Assembly: GCA_035390665.1 (NCBI GenBank)
Contig: DAOOUC010000002.1
Coordinates: 92,143 to 124,142 of the forward strand
Direction of reading: 5' to 3'
Origin: an archaeon
GTDB taxonomy: Archaea > Iainarchaeota > Iainarchaeia > Iainarchaeales > CSSED10-239
Length of the DNA: 32,000 bases
The position numbers and the translations under genes are program-made. Position 1 is the first letter of the stretch; each line of letters begins with the position of its first letter. Shown here in pieces: positions 1 to 9,949 of this stretch. Below the pieces are notes generated by a model, which was not told where the DNA came from, did not search any database, and saw only the letters and a program-made list of their open reading frames with translations.

Positions 1-536
1 CAATCAAGATGTTTAGTTTCTCTTCTTGTTTTAGAAAAGAAATTGGATCTCATGGTTTAGATGAAAGAGGACTTTTTAGATTACATCAATTTGATAAAGT
101 TGAGCAAATTATTATTTGTAAACCAGAGGATTCAGAGAAAGCATATGATGAGCTTTTAAAAAATACAGTTAAACTTTTTACATCACTTGAACTACCAACA
201 AGAACTTTAGAAATTTGTACCGGAGATTTAGGAGACTTAAAATACAGAAGTGCAGATGTCGAGGTGTGGTCACCAAGAAACAACAAATATATTGAGGTTG
301 CTTCTTGTAGTAATCTTACATCAGCCCAAGCAGTAAGGCTTAACATTAAAGCAAAGACAAAGCAAGGCGAAAAATATTATGTTCATACTCTTAATGACAC
401 AGCAGTTGCCACGTCTAGAGCGCTTGTAGCAATACTTGAAAACCACCAAACAAAAGAAGGTACAATTAAGATTCCAAAAGTCTTACAGAAATACATGTAT
501 GGTAAAACAGAGATTAAAAGAAATGAAATATTTTGA
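1..536 (+). CDS. serS: Seryl-tRNA synthetase, C-terminal fragment (5' end outside window)
   Basis: In-frame open from the window edge; CFRKEIGSHGLDERGLFRLHQFDKVEQIIIC is class II SerRS motif 2 region; ASCSNLTSAQAVRLNIK and C-terminal HTLNDTAVATSRALVAILENHQ (motif 3) are characteristic. Confidence 0.95.
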   Translation, partial: IKMFSFSSCFRKEIGSHGLDERGLFRLHQFDKVEQIIICKPEDSEKAYDELLKNTVKLFTSLELPTRTLEICTGDLGDLKYRSADVEVWSPRNNKYIEVASCSNLTSAQAVRLNIKAKTKQGEKYYVHTLNDTAVATSRALVAILENHQTKEGTIKIPKVLQKYMYGKTEIKRNEIF

Positions 537-541
537 ATTTT

Positions 542-1003
542 ATGAAATACAATAAACTTCAAGAAAAGTATTTTGAAGATGAGCGAGTTGTTAATTCTGG
601 AATAATTATCTTTAACAAAGATAAAATCCTTCTTGTTGAACGAAAGGACAAAAAACATTTGGAACTTCCTGGTGGAAAAATTAAACTTCTTGATACAGAC
701 AAAACCAAAAAAGAAACTTTAAGAAATGCGGCAATTAGAGAAGTATTTGAAGAAGTACATATTAAACCAGAAATATTAAATTATTCGCCTTTCTATATTG
801 ATTTTGAAACTCCAGATAAGATAAAAAGAAGAAGCTATAATTTTATTGCAATATCAAATAAAGAACCAAAGATAACTGAAAAACATATTTTCTCAACTGC
901 AAAATATATTGCAGTTAAAGATTTAGAAAAATATAATCTTGCACCAAATGTAATTACCTTAAAAGAGCTATTTAAAACCTGTCTTTTTAGATATAAGTTT
1001 TAA
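542..1003 (+). CDS. NUDIX hydrolase (enlarged Nudix box)
   Basis: ELPGGKIK...ETLRNAAIREVFEEVHI matches the Nudix box with an insertion between G and E; ATG at 542 follows the serS stop (ORF track start 533 is TTG). Confidence 0.85.
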   Translation: MKYNKLQEKYFEDERVVNSGIIIFNKDKILLVERKDKKHLELPGGKIKLLDTDKTKKETLRNAAIREVFEEVHIKPEILNYSPFYIDFETPDKIKRRSYNFIAISNKEPKITEKHIFSTAKYIAVKDLEKYNLAPNVITLKELFKTCLFRYKF

Positions 1004-1050
1004 CTTTAATCTTTAAAAAGATATCGCTATATAATATTTATAATTAACTC

Positions 1051-1087
1051 CCTACCATTGAGAATCTTTTAGATTCACAACGGTAGG
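1051..1087. repeat. Imperfect inverted repeat/hairpin CCTACC-A-TTG-A-GAATC-TTTTA-GATTC-A-CAA-C-GGTAGG followed by ATTTTT
   Basis: Read directly: 6 + 3 + 5 paired positions separated by two mismatches, 5-nt loop. Confidence 0.7.
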
Positions 1088-1104
1088 ATTTTTAAGTGAT
1101 TTAA

Positions 1105-1632
1105 ATGTCTGATTCTATAAAGCGAATAATGATATTTATTGATGGAAGTAACTTCTATTATGCTTTAAAAAGATCTTTTTCTAAAACAAATATTGATTTT
1201 GAAAAATTTTGTAATTTTCTTGTTAATTCAGACAATTTAATACAAATTAAATATTATAATTCTCCATTAAATCGAATAGAAAATCCAGAAGAATATAAAA
1301 AGCAGCAGAAATTTTTTGAATATTTATCTGAAGTGCCATTAATTGATATATATTTTGGAAGATTAGAAAAAAGACCAGATGGTAAAAAAGCAGAAAAAGG
1401 AGTAGATGTTAAATTAGCAGTTGATTTAGTTGTTAATGCTTATAAAGACAGGTACGATATAGCAATATTAGTGTCAAATGATGCAGATTTTATCCCTGCA
1501 ATACAAGAAGCTTTAAATTTGAATAAAGAAGTATATTATGTTGGATTTCCAAAAATGAAATCATATCATTTAAATAAAGTTTGTTCTAAAACTATTAAGG
1601 TTAATGATATTTCAGAATACCTAAGAGAATAA
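1105..1632 (+). CDS. NYN domain protein (LabA/DUF88-like putative nuclease)
   Basis: IMIFIDGSNFYYALKRSF, GVDVKLAVDLVVNAYKDRYDIAILVSNDADFIPAIQEAL motifs of NYN/PIN-like fold. Confidence 0.85.
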   Translation: MSDSIKRIMIFIDGSNFYYALKRSFSKTNIDFEKFCNFLVNSDNLIQIKYYNSPLNRIENPEEYKKQQKFFEYLSEVPLIDIYFGRLEKRPDGKKAEKGVDVKLAVDLVVNAYKDRYDIAILVSNDADFIPAIQEALNLNKEVYYVGFPKMKSYHLNKVCSKTIKVNDISEYLRE

Positions 1633-1644
1633 TGTGAGACAAAA

Positions 1645-4600
1645 ATGCAAGTAAAAGAATTAGTTCTAAAAAATTTTAAGTCTTTTGATTATGCCAGTAT
1701 TCCATTTAAGCCAGGATTTCAAGTAATTGTTGGCCCTAATGGGTCAGGTAAAAGTAATATAATTGATGCTCTATTATTTGGTTTTGGTTCAACATCCCTT
1801 AAAAGATTAAGAGTAGATAAAACCGCTAATCTTGTTAATCAATCAGCTAAAGAAAGAACTGCAAGAGTAAGGGTTGTATTTAATCACGAAGGCAAAGATC
1901 TTGACATTATTAGAGAAATTGATGAAACAGGAAAGTCTGCTTGCTCTTTAGATGGTAAAAGAAAAGCATTAAATGAAATTACTTCTTTTTTAGCAGAAGT
2001 TGGAATAACTGCAGATGGATATTATACAGTTCAACAGGGAGATGTTACAAGAATTATTAACATGAACCCAGAAGAAAGAAGAAAAATAATAGAAGATATC
2101 TCTGGTATTTCTCTCTTTGATGAAAGAAAAAAAGAAGCACAGGATAATCTTGATAAAGTAAATAAAAGATTAGATAAAGTATCAATTGCATTAAATGAAA
2201 GAAAACCGTATGTTGAACAATTATCTGCTGAAAGAGAAAATGCTTTAAAGTTTAAAGAATTAGATAGTTTAGAACAGCTATATAATTATAATCTTTATAA
2301 TCAACAAATAACTGAATTTAATAATGAATTAATATTAGAAGATGGAAAGATTAACAAACTATTATCCGAGATTGAAGACAATAACAAAGAAAAGAAAAAT
2401 ATACTTTTTGAAATTTCAGATTTAGAAAATAAACTAGAAACAATAAATAATGATTTAATATCTCATTCAGAAAAAGTCCAATCTACTTTTGGTAAAGAAC
2501 TTTCTGAGAGAAAAGCAAATAAAGAAATAATTCTTAATAATTTAAATTTAAGACAAGAAAATATTGATTACTTAACTAAAGAAAACAATAGATTAGCTTT
2601 AGAAATAACAGAACTAATAAAAGAAGAAAACACTCTTTCCATTATAATTAAAGAACAAGAAGAAAAATTAAGAAACAAAAACAAAATAAAATCAGAACTT
2701 AAAGAAAAAATACAAAAAAGTTCAAAAGAGTTTGAAGAGATTAGAACTGTTCAAGAGGAATTGTATTCTCGATTATCTACAATAAATAAAGAGATTACAA
2801 AACAACAAGACGAATATTTTTCAAATAAGAATAAAATTTCAGCTTATGAATTCCAAAAAGAAAGTTTAGAAAAACAAACAAAAGAAAGAGATGAAAATCA
2901 AAAGCAATTATCAATTAGAAAGAAAGAATTGGAAAGTAGTATTTCAACTTTAAGAAAAGAATTATCTGACATTGAAAAAGAAATACAAAATAGTAATAAA
3001 CTACTTGAAACAAAAACAAAAGAAAAAGAAGAATTACAATTACAATTTAATCAAAAAACAATAGAGGTTTCGGGATTAAGAAAAGACCTTTCTTTTAGTT
3101 CTAGTGCTCTAGAAAAAAGAGATAAACTTAAAGAGAAGTTAAAAGTACACAAAACATTTTTAGGATTTTTAGATGATTTTGTTTCGTTAAACAAACATCA
3201 AAAATCTGTTTATTCTAATTATATAATATTAAAAGAAAAATCAGAAATATCTAAAATCATAAAAGAATTTGAAAATATTAATTTTAATTTTGTGGTGTTA
3301 TCTTCAATTGGTGTGTCTGAAAAAGAACTATCCAATCATTTCCAAGAACACTTTAATACTAAACACAAAGTAGAAGAAATAGATGGTTTTTATTTTGATG
3401 GTTTCTGTTATAAAAGAATACTTGTAAAAGACACAAAAGAACTTGAAGAAAAGATTAATCATATAGACAAAGAACTTGAAAAAATCAAAGCACACTTACA
3501 AGAGGCGACAACAAAAATATCTGAAACCTCACAAGAGCTAACTCAAAAAACAAAAGAGCAAACACAATTACAAGTTAGATTAAACACATCAATACAGACA
3601 CTTGATGATATTATTGAAAATCTTGAAGGAATAACCAGTAAGTCATCAGGAGAAAGTGGCGCAACTATTAAAACCATTACACAAAATCTTGGACAACTCT
3701 CAAGTCAAATTTCTGACCTTGATACTAACCTTACAAATTTACGTAAAGAAAAGCAAGAGATTGAAGACAAATTAAAGTCCTTAAACATTGGTGTTCAAAA
3801 CACCTTAAGAGATGATTATGATTCTTTGGTAACTGAAACAAATACCTTAGAACAAAGCTTAATTTCTAAAAATTCAGAAATTAAATCTACAAAAGAAAAA
3901 CTAGATAATAAAAAAAATCTTGTAGAACTAAACAATCAAAAGATTTCTGATATTACAAAGCAATTAAATGATTTCAAAGACCAGATAACAAAGATTGATA
4001 ACAAGATTTCAGAAATTAATAAACAGTTAGATTTTGAAAACAGTAAGAAGGAAGGTCAATTCCAGTATAAGTCAAAGATTAATCAAGAGATTGCTATATT
4101 AAATCAAAAAAGTCATGAAATAGATTCTTTAATTTCAGATATTAATTCTGAGATAAATGATTCTCGTCTAAACATAAACACTCTCAAAAGTAAAATTATT
4201 CAATCAGAACAAAGTCTAAAACTTCTAGATATAAAAACAGATTTAGAAAAGATTAATCTTCCAATTGAACAAATCTTTTCAAAATTAAGGAGCATAAAAA
4301 GAGACAAGAATGCTTTAGGCAATATAAACTTTAATGCAATAGATTCTTATGAAAAGCTTGCAAAAGAATACGAAGAGATTATTCAGAAGTATGACATAAT
4401 TGTGGCTGAAAAAGCACAAGTTGAAGCAATGCTAAATGAAATAAATATGAAAAAGTCTGCAATATTTATGGATTGCTTTGATAAAGTAAACAAAGAGTTT
4501 AAAGACATAATTTCAAAGATGTCTAAGTCCTTGAAAGGTTCTTTGGAGTTATCTGGTCAAGATCCATTAACTTCTAATCTAATAATAAATATAACAAAAA

Positions 4601-4899
4601 ACGGGCAAACAAAAAACATAGATATAATATCTGGTGGAGAAAAAACAATTACTGCTCTTGCAGTTATCTTCGCAGTGCATGCTTATAAGAAATCTCCATT
4701 CTATATCCTTGATGAAGTTGATGCTGCTTTAGATGATCAAAATTCAGAAAGTCTTCTAAATTACATAAAGGAATTATCTAAATCTGTTGCAGTAATCTGT
4801 ATAACTCACAACAGCACAATAGTTTCAGGAGCAAACCAAGTAATTGGTGTAACTCTTAAAGGAAATTCCTCAGTTATTGGCCTTGATATGGCCATATAG
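1645..4899 (+). CDS. smc: Chromosome segregation ATPase SMC
   Basis: Walker A GPNGSGKSNIIDALLF, QQGDVTRIINMNPEERRKIIEDISGI, long coiled coils around a hinge (GVSEKELSNHFQ...), signature ISGGEKT and Walker B FYILDEVDAALDDQN. Confidence 0.97.
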   Translation: MQVKELVLKNFKSFDYASIPFKPGFQVIVGPNGSGKSNIIDALLFGFGSTSLKRLRVDKTANLVNQSAKERTARVRVVFNHEGKDLDIIREIDETGKSACSLDGKRKALNEITSFLAEVGITADGYYTVQQGDVTRIINMNPEERRKIIEDISGISLFDERKKEAQDNLDKVNKRLDKVSIALNERKPYVEQLSAERENALKFKELDSLEQLYNYNLYNQQITEFNNELILEDGKINKLLSEIEDNNKEKKNILFEISDLENKLETINNDLISHSEKVQSTFGKELSERKANKEIILNNLNLRQENIDYLTKENNRLALEITELIKEENTLSIIIKEQEEKLRNKNKIKSELKEKIQKSSKEFEEIRTVQEELYSRLSTINKEITKQQDEYFSNKNKISAYEFQKESLEKQTKERDENQKQLSIRKKELESSISTLRKELSDIEKEIQNSNKLLETKTKEKEELQLQFNQKTIEVSGLRKDLSFSSSALEKRDKLKEKLKVHKTFLGFLDDFVSLNKHQKSVYSNYIILKEKSEISKIIKEFENINFNFVVLSSIGVSEKELSNHFQEHFNTKHKVEEIDGFYFDGFCYKRILVKDTKELEEKINHIDKELEKIKAHLQEATTKISETSQELTQKTKEQTQLQVRLNTSIQTLDDIIENLEGITSKSSGESGATIKTITQNLGQLSSQISDLDTNLTNLRKEKQEIEDKLKSLNIGVQNTLRDDYDSLVTETNTLEQSLISKNSEIKSTKEKLDNKKNLVELNNQKISDITKQLNDFKDQITKIDNKISEINKQLDFENSKKEGQFQYKSKINQEIAILNQKSHEIDSLISDINSEINDSRLNINTLKSKIIQSEQSLKLLDIKTDLEKINLPIEQIFSKLRSIKRDKNALGNINFNAIDSYEKLAKEYEEIIQKYDIIVAEKAQVEAMLNEINMKKSAIFMDCFDKVNKEFKDIISKMSKSLKGSLELSGQDPLTSNLIINITKNGQTKNIDIISGGEKTITALAVIFAVHAYKKSPFYILDEVDAALDDQNSESLLNYIKELSKSVAVICITHNSTIVSGANQVIGVTLKGNSSVIGLDMAI

Positions 4900-4999
4900 C
4901 AGGGTATATACCGAAAAGTAACTAATTCTGGTAAATAACTGTGTTTATAAACCTTTTTAGCCATAAATTATTTATAACTCTAAAAAGTTAAGAAGTAAA

Positions 5000-5830
5000 A
5001 TGAGCTTATTTATGAATAAAAATATTTTAGTCTTAATCTCGGTATTATTAATGTCTAGTTATATTTATGCATCAAATATTACAGTTTCTTTTCCAGAAAA
5101 TATAACTTTAGTAAATAATCCTGTTTCTGTAGAACTTTATGTTTATAATGGTTCTAATTCTTCAGAATTAATAACTTTAACCTCTTATATTTCTCCTTTT
5201 CCAAGCTCTTTTTCAGAAAATCAATTTAGACTATCACCAAATGAATCCAAAAGAGTAACAGTTACAATTTCTCCATTAAATGATTATTTAGAGTCAGTAT
5301 ATAGTTCAAGTATAGAAATAAAATCAGCTAATTATTATAATAAACAAACATTTAATATTATTCAAAAAACCAATAGAATATGTTCTATTGATTTACAGTA
5401 TTTTGTAATGTATGTTCCTTCTTCTGAGGAATATAAATTAGAATTAATACTAAAGAATAATTCTATAGTAAATAAAGATATAGAAATTATTGGTTTAAAA
5501 GACATTAATCTTTCAGATGAGATAGGAATTGTTGAAATATCAGGCAAAACAGAGGTTTCTACAGTAAGATTGTTTAAAACAGAAGAAAGAAATGTAATTT
5601 TAGAATATAGATGTAATGGCTTATTTGGCAAAAAAGAAATAGAATTACCTGAGAAAAAGACCCCAATAGATATTAAAACAGGATTTACTGGTTTATTTTC
5701 ATTCATTGGTTCTGTAAATCTAGGTAATTTCTGGGATTCTTTATTATTTCAAATAATTTTAATAATTATTTTAATTATTCTAGTCTTGTCTTTTTCAACA
5801 AGATACATAAAATATATTTATAAGAGATGA
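5000..5830 (+). CDS. Secreted/membrane-anchored Ig-like (COG1361/COG1470-like) surface protein
   Basis: N-terminal signal-like hydrophobic segment NILVLISVLLMSSYIYA, beta-rich region, C-terminal TM LLFQIILIIILIILVLSF followed by basic tail. Confidence 0.55.
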   Translation: MSLFMNKNILVLISVLLMSSYIYASNITVSFPENITLVNNPVSVELYVYNGSNSSELITLTSYISPFPSSFSENQFRLSPNESKRVTVTISPLNDYLESVYSSSIEIKSANYYNKQTFNIIQKTNRICSIDLQYFVMYVPSSEEYKLELILKNNSIVNKDIEIIGLKDINLSDEIGIVEISGKTEVSTVRLFKTEERNVILEYRCNGLFGKKEIELPEKKTPIDIKTGFTGLFSFIGSVNLGNFWDSLLFQIILIIILIILVLSFSTRYIKYIYKR

Positions 5831-7698
5831 TTTATATGCAAAAAAAAATAATTGATTATCAAGATAAAAATACAAAGCAAGCTAATAATAAATTAAGATA
5901 TTTATTAGTGGGTTTTTTCATTTTATTGGTTTCCGTATTTAGTGTAAGATATATTTTTGCTTCAGATATTGAATTAGAATTTGATAAGCAAACATATTCT
6001 GTAATGGAAGGATCAAGCACAAAAATTGGGTTTACAATCTACAATAATTCTGAATCAAAATTAAATCTTTTATTGTGGGCAGATTGTGATGATGAGGATG
6101 AAGAACTAAGTTGTAATTATTCTCAAAGAATAATAATGCATGGAAACTCAACTCAAACAAGTTCTTTTTATGTTACAGGAAGAGAAGATTCATCAACAGA
6201 TCTTACAATTTATGTAAATGAGTTAGATTCAGATAAAATAAATGAATATTCAGTAGATATAGATGTTATTGATGATGAAGAAGACGGAGAATTTGAAATA
6301 GAAGTATATAATTCAAGTATTTGTATTGGAAAAACTAACAAAATGACATTTGAAATAAACAATAATGCAAGTGATGGATTATATAATTTATTTTTAACAA
6401 GTGATAGATTAGAAATAAATTCAGAATATTCTAATCCTGTTTATTTAAGAAATGAAAAAGAAATAGATTATTATGTTTTTGTTCCAGAAAACACAGAAGA
6501 AGGACAAGTTTTTAATTTAAGATATACTATAGAAGATAATGAGATTTTAGAAACAAAATCAATATCAGTATATGCTAGAAATTGTCCAGATACTTTTGTT
6601 GATTTTAGTGTAACTGGTCCAACAACTATCTCTTATAATATAAATAAAAATGAAGAAAAGGTTGTAAACTATACAATAAAAAACAATTCAAATAGCAATA
6701 AAACAATATATATTTCAGAAGAACATACAGAAGATAAAATAGAAGTAAATATTTCTCAAAGAACAATTGTTTTATCTCCAAATGCTTCAAAGACAATAGA
6801 TGTAAAGATTAAAACAACAGAAGACATTAAATCTGGAAGCTATGATTTAAGTTTAAATTTCTTTGATGGGATAAACAATATTAATAAAAAAGTAAAATTA
6901 CTTGTTAACCCAGAACATAGTATTGAAGTAGAAACATTAAATGGTATAAGTCAGACATTAATAATTGGTCAAAATTTAGAGTTGCTTTTAATTATAAAAA
7001 ACAAAGGAGATATAAGAGATGAGTTTACAGTAACTACTACGGTTGATAATGATGTAAAAGTAAGAACAACAGAAAATAGCTTTTCTGTTTATCAAAATAG
7101 CACTGTTCCTTTCTCAATGGTTTTATCTTCAGGAAGTAGAACACAAACAGGATATGCCTATTTAAATGTAAAAATTCAAGGAAAAGATAGTGATTTCTAT
7201 AAAGAAGTTAATTACATTATTAATGTAATAAGAGACACACCAGTTGCTGGATTAGAAATATTATCTTATCCAAGAGAAATAAATGTTGTCCCAGAAAGCA
7301 ATCAAGAAGTGGATTTTATTTTGAAAAATATTACTAATTCAAAAGTAATAATTGATTATATAGAATTAACAGATGCCTCTCAAGAGATAACAATAATTGC
7401 CCCAAGAGATTCAGTTATAGAACCACAAAATACAAAGACTATAAAAGTAAAGTTTGATATAGGCGACATAAAAGAAAATCAAAATGCAAAAATAAGATTT
7501 GTTACAAGAAATGGGGGAATTTTAGAAAGACAAATTAAATTCAATATAGATGATGGGCAAGAATTAGATTCAGATAGTAAATCAGGAATAACAGGATTTT
7601 TGTCTTTAAAAAATTCTATATTTACTGGCATAATTGTAGTATGTTTAGCAATAATCCTATTATTTGTATTAGGAATATTTAAGACAAAAAAAATTTAG
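5827..7698 (+). CDS. Large membrane-anchored surface protein with repeated NEW3/CARDB-like Ig domains
   Basis: N-terminal TM LLVGFFILLVSVFSVRYIFA, repeated motifs such as LSPNASKTIDVKI and IEPQNTKTIKVKF, C-terminal TM GIIVVCLAIILLFVLGIF; overlaps the preceding CDS by 4 nt. Confidence 0.6.
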   Translation: MIYMQKKIIDYQDKNTKQANNKLRYLLVGFFILLVSVFSVRYIFASDIELEFDKQTYSVMEGSSTKIGFTIYNNSESKLNLLLWADCDDEDEELSCNYSQRIIMHGNSTQTSSFYVTGREDSSTDLTIYVNELDSDKINEYSVDIDVIDDEEDGEFEIEVYNSSICIGKTNKMTFEINNNASDGLYNLFLTSDRLEINSEYSNPVYLRNEKEIDYYVFVPENTEEGQVFNLRYTIEDNEILETKSISVYARNCPDTFVDFSVTGPTTISYNINKNEEKVVNYTIKNNSNSNKTIYISEEHTEDKIEVNISQRTIVLSPNASKTIDVKIKTTEDIKSGSYDLSLNFFDGINNINKKVKLLVNPEHSIEVETLNGISQTLIIGQNLELLLIIKNKGDIRDEFTVTTTVDNDVKVRTTENSFSVYQNSTVPFSMVLSSGSRTQTGYAYLNVKIQGKDSDFYKEVNYIINVIRDTPVAGLEILSYPREINVVPESNQEVDFILKNITNSKVIIDYIELTDASQEITIIAPRDSVIEPQNTKTIKVKFDIGDIKENQNAKIRFVTRNGGILERQIKFNIDDGQELDSDSKSGITGFLSLKNSIFTGIIVVCLAIILLFVLGIFKTKKI

Positions 7699-9278
7699 AT
7701 AAGTGATTTTTGTCTTTCTTCCATTTCTTTAATTTTATTTTCCATTAAATTAAAGGTGTTGTTTATTTTTTCTATATTTTTGTCAATAATTGCAATAAAT
7801 TGATCTCTAAACATATTTAGTTCTGTGATTTTTTCTTTAGCAATATCTATTGTAGTTTGTAATTGTTCAATTCTTTTAATTTCATCATCTACTGTTTTTA
7901 TTTTTCCTTTTATTTCTTGAGTAATTGCGCTTTCGTAAATTTTTAGAGATTGTGAGATTTTTTCATCAACGGCATTAATTAATTGAGATTCAAATCCTTC
8001 AAGTTCTTTTAATTTTCTATTAATAATTTCAGGATCGGTTTTAGCAACAATAGTGTCTTTTACTTTGTTTATTTCTAATAGTTCTTTTGCAATTTCATCT
8101 TTGAATGCTTCTCTAGCTTTAGTTAAAAATTCGTTCTTTACAGCATCAAATCTTAGTTCATATCTATTTGCTAATTGTTGTTTAAATGATTCTAATTGAT
8201 TTAATTTATCATAAAGTTGTTGTGGATTTATTTGTTTATTTATTCCTTCTTTAAATTCATTTAGTTTTTTAATTTCTTCAATTACTGCTGTTTGTGTATT
8301 CTTTATTAATCCTTGTGTGATTTTAGATTGTAAAGCAAGTATATCATTTATCTCTTTTATTTTTGCATTTAATTTTACTGTGGTTGTTGCTACAATTTTA
8401 TTTACATTTTCTTGATTTAGTTTAGTGGTCTCGGTTATTTGATTTTGGAATTCTTGGAATTTAATCAAAAGTGCTTCTATTTCTTGTTTGCTATTGTTTA
8501 TGTCTTCTGCTTTTTTGTTTATTTTCGCTTGCTCTACTTTTAATTGTGCAAGTTGTTTTGTTAATTGAGTAGAAATGCCACTTACTTGTTCAGCTACTTG
8601 TTCATTTATTTTACCCATTAATAATTGTTTTGTAGTTTCTTGGATTTTTTTGTATTTTTCTATTTCTAAATCAATTTTAGATTTTAAATATTCTTCCATT
8701 TTTGTTTGTCTAATTTCAACTTCATTGATTTTTGTATTAATTGTTGTAACAAGTCCTGTTTGCCAAACATCTGCAGTGTTATTAGTTGTTTCAATCTTAG
8801 AATATTCTGGTTCTTTTTTCTTTGTTGTTTGAGGGGTTGGTGTGTAGGTATTAAAATCATCAAAAGACACTGTATCTTTATCGCTAGAATAGTCTAATCC
8901 ACTAATATCTAAGCCTTTAGTAATATCAGGTATATCTTTAGTTTCATCTTTTGTTTCTGGAATTTCAGGAACTGTTAATTTAGCAATTTCTGTTTCTTCT
9001 GAAAATAAATTATCAGGTATTTCACTTTTGTTAAAAATAGTTTTTGGTTCTTCCGTAATCTTAGTTGTCGTCACTTTAGAATCTGTACTTTTTATGTCGT
9101 TAACTTTTAATTCAGTAACAGAAGATGTTTTTGTTTCTTCAAAGGCATTACTAATTAAATCATCACAATCTTTAGCTGAAAGTCCCATCTTTAATAAATT
9201 ATCTTTAATGTCTTCTTTAGACATTCCTAAATCTTTTAATTTTTTTATATTTTCTATAATTCTTGGATCTGGAATCAT
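7695..9278 (-). CDS. Coiled-coil protein of unknown function
   Basis: 527 aa; N-terminal helix-turn segment (RIIENIKKLKDLGMSKEDIKDNLLKMGLS), acidic linker, then long Lys/Glu/Gln-rich coiled coil; no TM segment. Confidence 0.6.
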   Translation of the reverse strand: MIPDPRIIENIKKLKDLGMSKEDIKDNLLKMGLSAKDCDDLISNAFEETKTSSVTELKVNDIKSTDSKVTTTKITEEPKTIFNKSEIPDNLFSEETEIAKLTVPEIPETKDETKDIPDITKGLDISGLDYSSDKDTVSFDDFNTYTPTPQTTKKKEPEYSKIETTNNTADVWQTGLVTTINTKINEVEIRQTKMEEYLKSKIDLEIEKYKKIQETTKQLLMGKINEQVAEQVSGISTQLTKQLAQLKVEQAKINKKAEDINNSKQEIEALLIKFQEFQNQITETTKLNQENVNKIVATTTVKLNAKIKEINDILALQSKITQGLIKNTQTAVIEEIKKLNEFKEGINKQINPQQLYDKLNQLESFKQQLANRYELRFDAVKNEFLTKAREAFKDEIAKELLEINKVKDTIVAKTDPEIINRKLKELEGFESQLINAVDEKISQSLKIYESAITQEIKGKIKTVDDEIKRIEQLQTTIDIAKEKITELNMFRDQFIAIIDKNIEKINNTFNLMENKIKEMEERQKSLI

Positions 9279-9841
9279 ATTTTGTGTTCCTTTAATTTTC
9301 TTTTAATTTCTTTATAAACATTTTCAATTGATTGATTTCCATCAATTTCTATAAGTTTGCCTTTTTCTTTATATCTTTGAATTACTTTTTTTGTTATCTT
9401 GTCGTAATCTTCTAGTCTTTTCTTAATTGCTTTTTCTGTATCGTCATTTCTTTTTCTTAATAATAGTCTTTTTACACTTTCTTTTTTTGAAATATTAAGA
9501 TGGATTACTCCAACTAATTCGTAATCATTAGAATGTAAAAAATAATCAAAAACTGCTGCTTGATCATATTCTCTTGGAAAGCCATCCATTAATATTTTAT
9601 TTGATTTTTCTTTTTTTATTTTATTAAAAATTAAATCACTTGCAATTTCTAAAGAAACCATATTTCCTTTACTTATGATTTCATTAATCTTTTTTCCTAA
9701 AATTGTTTTCTTATTTACTTCTTCTCTTAAGATTTCGCCCATAGAAAAAGGTTTGTAACCAAAATCCCTTTCTATAAGTTTATTTTGGGTTCCTTTTCCG
9801 CTACCTGCTGGACCAACCATTATGATTATTTTTTTAGTCAT
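9275..9841 (-). CDS. adk: Adenylate kinase family nucleotide kinase
   Basis: P-loop GPAGSGKGTQ, FSMGEILREE, ILMDGFPREYDQAA; lacks the long Zn/Cys LID. Confidence 0.9.
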   Translation of the reverse strand: MTKKIIIMVGPAGSGKGTQNKLIERDFGYKPFSMGEILREEVNKKTILGKKINEIISKGNMVSLEIASDLIFNKIKKEKSNKILMDGFPREYDQAAVFDYFLHSNDYELVGVIHLNISKKESVKRLLLRKRNDDTEKAIKKRLEDYDKITKKVIQRYKEKGKLIEIDGNQSIENVYKEIKRKLKEHKI

Positions 9842-9949
9842 AACTATTTCTATTTAAAACTTATATTTTTAAACTGCTCTTCTAATAAATATATTATATA
9901 ATATATAGAAAAACTTAGTATTTAAAAATGTTTCTTATTTTAGAAAAAA

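Noticed and set aside
86-658. Minus-strand ORFs 86..346 and 383..658
   Set aside because: They overlap serS and the Nudix gene, which have clear family motifs; no support for coding on the opposite strand.
7695-9306. Antisense ORFs on + strand inside the coiled-coil gene (8575..8832, 8706..8897, 9028..9306)
   Set aside because: They mirror low-complexity Lys/Glu/Thr codons of the long minus-strand CDS and have no family motifs, so they are spurious.
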